A stretch of 61,217 nucleotides of DNA from an uncultured bacterium (lineage in GTDB: Bacteria > Krumholzibacteriota > Krumholzibacteriia > LZORAL124-64-63): NCBI GenBank assembly GCA_965363725.1, contig CBDTUS010000002.1, positions 1 to 61,217 on the forward strand. Direction: 5' to 3'. Shown here piece after piece: positions 54,710 through 61,217 of this stretch. The stretch's first letter is position 1; each line of letters starts with the position of its first letter. Below the pieces are notes generated by a model. The model searched no databases. It worked only from the letters and a program-made list of their open reading frames with translations, and had not been told where the DNA came from. The translations under genes and the position numbers were made by a program.

Positions 54710-55786
54710 TCATATTTTTATGAATATTCTTCGGTCGTAAAGCACCCAGAGGATCGCCAGCCACAATCCCACGGTCAGCAGGGCAAAAAGGACCGAGCCG
54801 TTCACCGGCCCGGCCAGCGGAACCAGGATTTCCTGGTAGACCCAGCTATTCAGACTCACCGACTGGCCGGCAGGCCCGGCCACCTTCACCATGACCAGGA
54901 TCCGCGCGAGAAGGCCCGATCCCACGAAGGCCACCAGGGGGTTGCTGCCGAAGACCACCGCGGGCAGCGTTCCCCGGCGCCAGCCCCTCACGTCGATCAT
55001 CCAGGAGGAAACCGCCAGGGCCACCAGGGCCAGGCCGCCGGTGATCACGACATAGCTTACGGTCCACAACTGTTTGTTCACCGGTTCCAGGCGGCAGACC
55101 ACCAGACCGACCACCGTCCCGATCGCTCCCACCCTGACCAGGGTGCGCAGCTTGGCCTCCAGAGGCCGCGGCCCGCGGATGAATTCTCCCGCAAAAAATC
55201 CGGCCAGGGTCGTGACCACGGCCGGAAGCGTGGACACCAGGCCCTCCGGATCAAAAGCCAGCCCACCCACCCGGTACAGGTGGGCTTCGCCCAGCACGGC
55301 CAGGTCCACCCAGCGGACAAAATTGTCTTCCAGGGCAAAACTACCCGCTCCCCACCCGGCAACCAGGGGCAGACGCATCAGAAGTTCGTACAGAACCAGG
55401 AAACCCGCGGCAACCAGGATCCGGTCCCGGTTGCGGCTGGTCAGGACCACCGTCATCCCCGCCGCCAGGTAACACAGGGCGATGCGCTGCAGCACGCCGG
55501 GAATGCGCAGCCCTGACAGACTATCGGGCTGATTGAAGGGGAATCCGTTGAGCAGCAGACCGCAGGCAAAGATGATCACCGCTCGGGACAGGATCTTGCG
55601 GACCAGACCGCCAACCGAAGCGCCGGCCTGCTGTCGTCGGGCGAAGCTGAGCGACATCGCCACGCCCACGATGAACAGAAAAAAGGGAAACACCAGGTCG
55701 GTCGGTGTCAGACCGTGCCAGGCCGCGTGGCGCAGGGGAGGATGGATGTGGGCCCAAGAACCCGGGTTGTTGACGAGTATCATCAA
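54710..55786 (-). CDS. Heparan-alpha-glucosaminide N-acetyltransferase-like membrane acyltransferase (DUF1624/DUF5009-type); true start probably upstream of 55786
   Basis: (M)MILVNNPGSWAHIHPPLRHAAWHGLTPTDLVFPFFLFIVGVAM is the family core. The in-frame upstream codons encode ..ERLVSLDVFRGLTVAL, which also belongs to the family N-terminus (see finding). Confidence 0.7.
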   Translation of the reverse strand: MMILVNNPGSWAHIHPPLRHAAWHGLTPTDLVFPFFLFIVGVAMSLSFARRQQAGASVGGLVRKILSRAVIIFACGLLLNGFPFNQPDSLSGLRIPGVLQRIALCYLAAGMTVVLTSRNRDRILVAAGFLVLYELLMRLPLVAGWGAGSFALEDNFVRWVDLAVLGEAHLYRVGGLAFDPEGLVSTLPAVVTTLAGFFAGEFIRGPRPLEAKLRTLVRVGAIGTVVGLVVCRLEPVNKQLWTVSYVVITGGLALVALAVSSWMIDVRGWRRGTLPAVVFGSNPLVAFVGSGLLARILVMVKVAGPAGQSVSLNSWVYQEILVPLAGPVNGSVLFALLTVGLWLAILWVLYDRRIFIKI

Positions 55787-55845
55787 GGCGACCGTCAGGC
55801 CGCGGAAAACGTCCAGGGATACCAGTCGCTCATGTCCGCCGCCGA

Positions 55846-56091
55846 CTATTCGGGCTCCAACCGGGAGTGGGACCCATCACAATAGGGGCCGCCATCGTTG
55901 CGCTTGCAAGCACACAGGGCCACTGTTTTTTCCTCTGCCAATTGGAACATCTGGGGACTGAAGGAGGTGGCGCGGTGCGCGCCGTCACAGAAGGGATGGG
56001 TTTTCGACTCACCGCAGGCACAGAAGGCGTACTGCCCGGCCGGGAGTTCCAGAACGACCGGCTTGCGGCCTACGATCTTGGGTTTCTCCAT
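55846..56091 (-). CDS. CDGSH iron-sulfur domain protein (two CDGSH motifs)
   Basis: CACGESKTHPFCDGAH and CACKRNDGGPYCDGSH. Confidence 0.85.
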   Translation of the reverse strand: MEKPKIVGRKPVVLELPAGQYAFCACGESKTHPFCDGAHRATSFSPQMFQLAEEKTVALCACKRNDGGPYCDGSHSRLEPE

Positions 56092-56192
56092 ATTGGTATC
56101 CTTTCTCGATCAACCCAGGGTTATGGGTTCAAGAAAAGACAATTTCAGAACTTCGGCAACGCCTCCCGGGGAATTAACCTCCACGGATACAA

Positions 56193-58919
56193 TCATTTCA
56201 CCATGGTCATGCGTCTGGTGCGGGAAAAATCCGCTGTTTCCAGGTTGTAGAAATACACCCCGGCGGCCACCGTCCGGCCCGATTCATCCACTCCGTTCCA
56301 CCTGGCCTGGTGGCTTCCCGCGGTCATCTCCAGATCATCGATCAGGGTCCGGACCAGGCGGCCGGACACGTCGAATATCCGCAGCCTCACAGGTCCCGCG
56401 GCTGCCAGATTGAATCCGATCTTCGTGGCCGGGTTGAAGGGATTCGGATAATTCTGGTCCAGGGCGACCCCCGCGCGGGGCAATCCGTCTTCCGGCACCG
56501 GGCTGACCGAGGTGAAGGGTTCGTCCAGGTAATTTTCCAGGATGAACTCCACGTTCTGCCGCAAAATGTCGTGGTCCATCCGGTAGGGACGGCCCGACAG
56601 GACCACGAACTGTCCGCCCGTCTCCCGGAAGGTGCCGCCGCCGGTGGGCGAAGCCCAGACCCCGGTTCCCCGGTCACCGCCAAAGCCGGCGGTGTCCTCG
56701 AACAACAGCGTGCTTTCGGGGCCGACTCCCGTGAAGAAGACATCGTTCCAGCTCTGGTCACCGATAAAGGGAATGTCGGACAACCCGGGCTCCACCGCGA
56801 GGTAATTGCCGAGATTCCCGCCCTCCTCCGCCCAGACCACGCCCAGGTAGGAGCTCAGTTCCAGACCTATGAACGTCCGGCTGCGCCGGGTCATCAACAG
56901 GAGATTGCCGCCGGCCTCCAGGTAGGAAAGGATCGGCGTCTCGGCCCACTTGGGCAGATCCCCGTTGTAATTGTTCCCGACCCAGATCACCGTCGAATAT
57001 CCGCCGAGGACCGAAGCCGGCACCGCGTCGTAGCCGATCGGGCGCGGCAGGTTCTCGGGATAGCCGCTGTCCGGGGCAGAAAAGCAGTCCCAGAACGAGA
57101 CCGGGTTGTCTCCCCAGAAAACGCTGTCGGCGTAGGCGCTGGCGATTTCCGCTCCGTAGGTATTCCAATCCACGCCGTTGACCAGCAGGATCCCCTTGTC
57201 GAAGGTGGGATTGGTGACCTCGGTCCGGACCTGTCGCAGAATCCAGCGGTCGGGATCCAGGATGACGTTTTCCGGCGTGCCGGAAACGGGCAGCACATAC
57301 TCCTGGACCAGCTGGTCGTTCTCGACCGTGAAATCGATGTTGCCGGTGCTGGTGCCCACCCGCAACTGGATGGGCATGGTAAAGATATCCCCGTCGACGG
57401 GTTCCTGGGTGATGGTCACGGTGATCTCGTCCGCACCCGGCCCGGGGACCCAGCCATAGGCGTAGACCGGGTAGTACTCCCCGTAGATCCACTGCTGGAA
57501 AAAGGCCGTCAGATCGAGGCCGCTGACCGACTCCATCGCGGCCTGCAGGTCTTCGGTGGTGGCGCTGCCGTAGAGGTGGTTCTCGCGGTACAGGGCCAGG
57601 CCGGTGAAGAAATCCTCGTCGCCCACGACACCGCGCAGCATGTGCACGACCCAGCTGCCCTTGTTGTAGCTCAGGTTGCCGTTGAAGATGTTGTCGTTGA
57701 CCGGGTCCTCCACGAAGATCGTCCCGGAACCGTAGTACGCGGCGATGTCCATGTACTGCTTGTAGGTCCCGACACCGTATTCCTGTTCGGCCCAGTAGGC
57801 CTCGCTCCAGGTCGCAAATCCCTCGTTGAGCCAGATGTGCCCGAAGTCGTCGCAGGTGACCATGTCGCCCCACCACTGGTGCGCCAGTTCGTGGGAGATC
57901 AGGTCTTCGGAGTAGCCGCCCATGCTGGTGATGGTCTGGTGCTCCATCCCGCCGCCCCAGGTGAATTCGGCGTGCCCGTACTTCTCTTCCACAAAGGGAT
58001 ATTCCCCGTAGGCCTCGGCGAAGGTCCCGATCATCGGCACCGTCAGGGCGTAGTTCGACTCGACCACGCCTTCGTGGTCGGGGTAGATGAAGAACTGCAC
58101 CTCCATGGGGTCGCCGCCTAGCAGGGGTGTGTACCAATCGCTGTAGGTGGTGTAGGGATGGATGGCCAGCGACACCAGATAGGTGGCGATGGGGTAGTTC
58201 GATTTCCAGTGGGTGGTGCGCGTGGCGCCGTTGTCCACGTCCGACACGACCAGGCCCTGGCTGGCGACGATCAGGTTGTCGGGAATCGTCACCTTGACGT
58301 CGACCGAATCAGCCTTGTCGCTGTTCAGGTCCTTGCAGGGCCACCATTCCCGAGCGCCGAAGGGTTCGCTCAGGGTCCAGATCATGTCCTGGCCGCTGTG
58401 GCTGCTCCAGCCGAAGGCCCCGCCGGAAGGATTGCCGCTATAGCTGACCGCCACGATCACCGTTTCGCCGGTGGCGTAGGTGCGGTCCAGGTTCACGATC
58501 AGCACGCCGCCGCTGCGGCTACTCGACACGCTGATGCCGCCGGCGGTGGTCGCGGTCACCGTCATGCCCGCAGACAGGTTCAGGTCCATGACCGCCAGAG
58601 AGGCACCGGTGACTTCCGCGGTCACCGTCACTGTCCCGGTCAGGATATGGGATACGGGATTCAGGTCCAGCTCCAGGCCGTAATGGTGGACGTCGTACAG
58701 GGCCTGATTGGGGGTCTTCGCAGCCTCGGCGGCCATCAGTCCCTTGACCAGCGCATTCTTGGTGGCGGCTTCCTGGTGGCGGTGCTCCAGGATCCGGGTG
58801 CGGTCAGCGGTTGGGTCGTCGGAGGAGGCGCCCTGCGCGGTCAGCGAGAACAGGACCATCATGATCACCAACAGGGCAGTCTGCAGAGGATGAGCGGAGG
58901 CCTTTGGGCGAAGGAACAT
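56193..58919 (-). CDS. M1-family zinc aminopeptidase with T9SS-type C-terminal sorting domain
   Basis: HELAHQWWGD (HExxH) and WLNEGFATW. C-terminus NYPNPFNPATKIGFNL...GVYFYNLETADFSRTRRMTMVK. N-terminal signal peptide. Confidence 0.9.
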   Translation of the reverse strand: MFLRPKASAHPLQTALLVIMMVLFSLTAQGASSDDPTADRTRILEHRHQEAATKNALVKGLMAAEAAKTPNQALYDVHHYGLELDLNPVSHILTGTVTVTAEVTGASLAVMDLNLSAGMTVTATTAGGISVSSSRSGGVLIVNLDRTYATGETVIVAVSYSGNPSGGAFGWSSHSGQDMIWTLSEPFGAREWWPCKDLNSDKADSVDVKVTIPDNLIVASQGLVVSDVDNGATRTTHWKSNYPIATYLVSLAIHPYTTYSDWYTPLLGGDPMEVQFFIYPDHEGVVESNYALTVPMIGTFAEAYGEYPFVEEKYGHAEFTWGGGMEHQTITSMGGYSEDLISHELAHQWWGDMVTCDDFGHIWLNEGFATWSEAYWAEQEYGVGTYKQYMDIAAYYGSGTIFVEDPVNDNIFNGNLSYNKGSWVVHMLRGVVGDEDFFTGLALYRENHLYGSATTEDLQAAMESVSGLDLTAFFQQWIYGEYYPVYAYGWVPGPGADEITVTITQEPVDGDIFTMPIQLRVGTSTGNIDFTVENDQLVQEYVLPVSGTPENVILDPDRWILRQVRTEVTNPTFDKGILLVNGVDWNTYGAEIASAYADSVFWGDNPVSFWDCFSAPDSGYPENLPRPIGYDAVPASVLGGYSTVIWVGNNYNGDLPKWAETPILSYLEAGGNLLLMTRRSRTFIGLELSSYLGVVWAEEGGNLGNYLAVEPGLSDIPFIGDQSWNDVFFTGVGPESTLLFEDTAGFGGDRGTGVWASPTGGGTFRETGGQFVVLSGRPYRMDHDILRQNVEFILENYLDEPFTSVSPVPEDGLPRAGVALDQNYPNPFNPATKIGFNLAAAGPVRLRIFDVSGRLVRTLIDDLEMTAGSHQARWNGVDESGRTVAAGVYFYNLETADFSRTRRMTMVK

Positions 58920-58972
58920 GAACCTAACCCCGGGGTTGGAGAGTCGAACCTGAAGTTGCGCGCTTCTGCTTA

Positions 58973-58981
58973 ATTATAGCA
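58973..58981 (-). promoter_or_regulatory. Extended -10 element (TGCTATAAT) for the M1 peptidase gene
   Basis: Minus sense: GTGCTATAATTAAGC, ~55 nt upstream of ATG 58919. The same gap carries the tandem repeats TTTCCGA x2 and a TATGAT box facing the rightward gene. Confidence 0.45.
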
Positions 58982-59077
58982 CAAACGGCCGATTTAAGGT
59001 GATTTTCCGATTTCCGATATGATGATATGATCCCGATCGGCGTTTGCCAAGTTTCGCCGCCAAAGAAAGGTCCTCTC

Positions 59078-60079
59078 ATGAGCTTTTTTCTCCTGATCCT
59101 GGTGCTCCTGATTCCCGCGACCACCACGCTGGCTGCGGAAGACATCCCCCGCGTTTCGCCGGTCCGCCCCGTGTCGACCTATTCCATCGTGGCCCGGGAT
59201 CCCGACACCGGCGACCTGGGCGTGGCGGTCCAGTCCCACTGGTTCAGCGTGGGCGCCCTGGTGCCGTGGGCCAGGGCGGGCGTGGGCGCCGTCGCCACCC
59301 AGTCCATGGTCGAAGCCAGCTACGGACCCAAGGGGCTGGATCTGATGGCGACCGGGCAGGACGCCGTCACCACCCTTTCATATCTCCTGGAACAGGATGA
59401 CCACGCCGATATCCGCCAGGTGGCGATGGTCGACGCGGGCGGGATGGCGGCGGCCCACACCGGCGCCCGCTGCATCCCTGAAGCCGGCCAACAGGTCGGC
59501 CTGGGATACTCGGTCCAGGCCAACCTCATGGGACCCGCCACGGTGCCCGCAGCCATGGCCAAGGCCTTCGAGAAGACCTCGGGCCCGCTGGCCGAACGGC
59601 TGGTGGCCGCCCTGGCAGCGGCTGAGAAGGAGGGAGGCGATATCCGCGGCCGGCAGTCGGCCGCGATCCTGGTGGTGCGGGCCGAATCTACAGGGGAACC
59701 CTGGAACGACAAGCTGGTGGACCTGCGGGTCGAGGATAATCCCGAGCCGGTTCGGGAATTGAAGCGGCTGCTGAAGATTCACCGAGGGTACGAACAGATG
59801 AACGCCGGCGACCTGGCCGTGGAAAAGGGCGATCTCGACGAGGCGGAAAAATCCTACGCCCGAGCGGAACAAATTCTCGGCGACAATCTCGAAGCGCGGT
59901 ACTGGCACGCCGTGGCCATGGTCAACGCCGGGGCGCTCGATCGGGCGCTGCCGATTTTTGCGGACATATTTCGGCGGGGGGACAACTGGCGCGAATTGAC
60001 GCCGCGGTTGGTGGGGCCGGGGTTCTTGCAGGCGGATAAGGCGACGTTGGATAAGATCATGGCGGCGGGGGTGGAATAG
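59078..60079 (+). CDS. DUF1028 (Ntn-hydrolase-like) family protein with C-terminal helical repeat region
   Basis: Trimmed to MSFFLLILVLLIPATTTLAA (signal). STYSIVARDPDTGDLGVAVQSHWFSVG is the typical DUF1028 N-terminus (Ntn Ser/Thr after the signal). Confidence 0.8.
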   Translation: MSFFLLILVLLIPATTTLAAEDIPRVSPVRPVSTYSIVARDPDTGDLGVAVQSHWFSVGALVPWARAGVGAVATQSMVEASYGPKGLDLMATGQDAVTTLSYLLEQDDHADIRQVAMVDAGGMAAAHTGARCIPEAGQQVGLGYSVQANLMGPATVPAAMAKAFEKTSGPLAERLVAALAAAEKEGGDIRGRQSAAILVVRAESTGEPWNDKLVDLRVEDNPEPVRELKRLLKIHRGYEQMNAGDLAVEKGDLDEAEKSYARAEQILGDNLEARYWHAVAMVNAGALDRALPIFADIFRRGDNWRELTPRLVGPGFLQADKATLDKIMAAGVE

Positions 60080-60096
60080 GGGATTGGCGGGCTGTT

Positions 60097-60435
60097 TTAC
60101 GGCCGTCCTTGGGTTTCGTTGTCGCCTGAACCCCTGTTCCAGTACGCATGTAGGACCAAGGCCAGAATGATGCCGAAAATGGCGCCACGCGGTATCGCTA
60201 GCAGAAGTGAGATTCCGCCTGGTTTGTCCAGGTCGAATAGCATGGCGAGAACTAGGACTATCAGCCAGGCGGCGAGTCCGGAAATTGCGCCTACTAGGCC
60301 GATGTGGAGAACAAGGTCCCGCCGGGGCATGGTGCGGTACTTGTTGTAATTCATTCGCATTCGTTCTTTGAGTGTTGGGGTATTCATTGGCATGCCTCTT
60401 CTTGTTTTGTGTAGAATAGAAATCAGAGGCTCCAC
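60097..60435 (-). CDS. Small membrane protein, unknown function
   Basis: Two hydrophobic helices (LVLHIGLVGAISGLAAWLIVLVLAMLF; GISLLLAIPRGAIFGIILALVLHAYW). GC visibly lower than upstream genes. Start uncertain. Confidence 0.5.
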   Translation of the reverse strand: MEPLISILHKTRRGMPMNTPTLKERMRMNYNKYRTMPRRDLVLHIGLVGAISGLAAWLIVLVLAMLFDLDKPGGISLLLAIPRGAIFGIILALVLHAYWNRGSGDNETQGRP

Positions 60436-60481
60436 GGAAGCGCTTTAGCGCCGGAGTTGAGTCCGCTGGATTGTTTTTTTT

Positions 60482-60931
60482 TCATCCATAAGCAATGCCC
60501 AAGAATAGACATCCCTCACCTGTTTTTTTGTTATAAAAAAGTATTGCGGAATCAAAACTGTGACGGCTAGGGGTCCAATGTTGTCTATGAAGATATTTTA
60601 AATATTCATTTCTTAATTTGGATGAACATGGATTTTGGCTATCTGGAACTATAACTAAATGTTTCATTTCTAAGGGATCTTCTTCATGCCAAAGTTCCTT
60701 ATTGAACTCCAACTTATCTAGAACTTTGCTTAATTCATGGCTAGAAATAGTTATATCGCAGTGCAATTCCCTGGCAACCCAACCTCCGGAACAGTCCTTG
60801 AGTTGATAGGAAGCTCCTGTTTCATCCAATAGAGCATTTACTTGATTGCTGAAAGGGTGCGGAATGAACCTGGACGCGATGATGGTCGCAACGAGAGTTA
60901 GGATAAAAACAACGAGAAATTTTTTCATCAT
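60482..60931 (-). CDS. Hypothetical exported/anchored protein in low-GC patch
   Basis: MMKKFLVVFILTLVATIIASRF... with GGAGAAATG RBS context. Two 60-nt lines hand-counted at 19/60 and 24/60 G+C. No family recognised. Confidence 0.5.
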   Translation of the reverse strand: MMKKFLVVFILTLVATIIASRFIPHPFSNQVNALLDETGASYQLKDCSGGWVARELHCDITISSHELSKVLDKLEFNKELWHEEDPLEMKHLVIVPDSQNPCSSKLRNEYLKYLHRQHWTPSRHSFDSAILFYNKKTGEGCLFLGIAYG

Positions 60932-61098
60932 TTCTCCTAGTTACTTAAAGATTACGTTGGCTTCACCTGCAAGCGCGTTCGGCGAAGCCGATTTGGCGTG
61001 GAGGCTGCGCAAGCAACCGGCGTGACAAAAACGATTGCCTGGCTCAAGCGCTTGTTAGGAGGCGGCCCACCTATCAAGGCGCCCAATGCGCTATTGCC

Positions 61099-61217
61099 TC
61101 AGTTTTGCCTACCACGCGTTCGCTGGGTCCACTCCCGCCAAGTGAAACGAACGGCGTTCTGGTTGCAGATATCGACACAACTCCCGCAGTTGATGCAGTC
61201 GATATGCCGCATGTCGC
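61099..61217 (-). CDS. C-terminal fragment of a 4Fe-4S-binding-domain protein (gene starts beyond window end)
   Basis: Reverse-strand frame reads ..DMRHIDCINCGSCVDICNQNAVRFTWREWTQRTRGRQN-TGA, with CxxCxxCxxxC. Only 39 codons are visible. Confidence 0.4.
   Translation of the reverse strand, partial: DMRHIDCINCGSCVDICNQNAVRFTWREWTQRTRGRQN

Noticed and set aside
58925-58965. tRNA-like T-arm sequence (GGTTCGACTCTCC on the - strand)
   Set aside because: The flanking bases do not form a T-stem, and no acceptor, D or anticodon arms can be drawn. It lies in the promoter region of the M1 peptidase gene.
60950-61070. Possible integron attC site next to the low-GC cassette-like ORF (CCTAACAAGCGCTTGAGCC / GTTAGGA core-like sequences)
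   Set aside because: I could not find a matching inverse core (the complementary R''/R' pair) at attC-like spacing. Both AAC-type cores lie in the same orientation. The palindrome CAAGCGCTTG is too short, and no intI is in the window.

Overview
GC-rich bacterial chromosomal segment. A typical 60-nt line hand-counted at 41/60 G+C. It is densely coding on both strands, with about 60 genes. I recognised no rRNA, tRNA, CRISPR array, transposase or phage gene. Three proteins end in the NYPNPFNP...-type C-terminal sorting domain (T9SS / FlgD-Ig-like). That suggests an uncultivated FCB-group-like lineage, but this is inference only. Recognisable housekeeping genes include galE (partial), maeB, an MscS channel, guaA, msrA, pcm, ogt, arsC, a GH31 alpha-glucosidase, M16 and M1 peptidases, a Ser/Thr kinase and an ECF sigma/anti-sigma pair.

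The most interesting content:
1. 6.5-14.7 kb holds a mirror-image pair of diverged paralogous operons. Each encodes its own regulator (MarR-type or ArsR-type), a Tat-exported 4x[4Fe-4S] protein, an NrfD/HybB-type membrane subunit and a 13-CxxCH cytochrome c. The two operons converge on one shared bidirectional terminator, and no catalytic subunit is nearby.
2. 30.5-35.9 kb holds four paralogous ~215-aa secreted proteins. Each has an unknown N-terminal domain, a dockerin/EF-hand-like C-terminus and a conserved penultimate Cys. They sit in two tandem pairs with look-alike TATAAT promoters, flanking an OmpA/thrombospondin-repeat protein.
3. Smaller oddities:
- a MarR regulator with a six-Cys tail
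- a ~360-bp leader with a terminator/antiterminator-like structure ahead of a nitrilase-family gene
- an unannotated 49-aa membrane peptide with its own promoter
- an acyltransferase gene whose conserved N-terminus lacks a canonical start codon
- signal-peptide-bearing MsrA and Pcm encoded divergently
- a low-GC patch at the right edge

The ORF track uses ATG/GTG/TTG starts and contains many long antisense shadow ORFs typical of high-GC DNA. Gene starts were trimmed by motif and RBS inspection. Coordinates of non-ORF elements were counted by hand and may be off by 1-2 nt.
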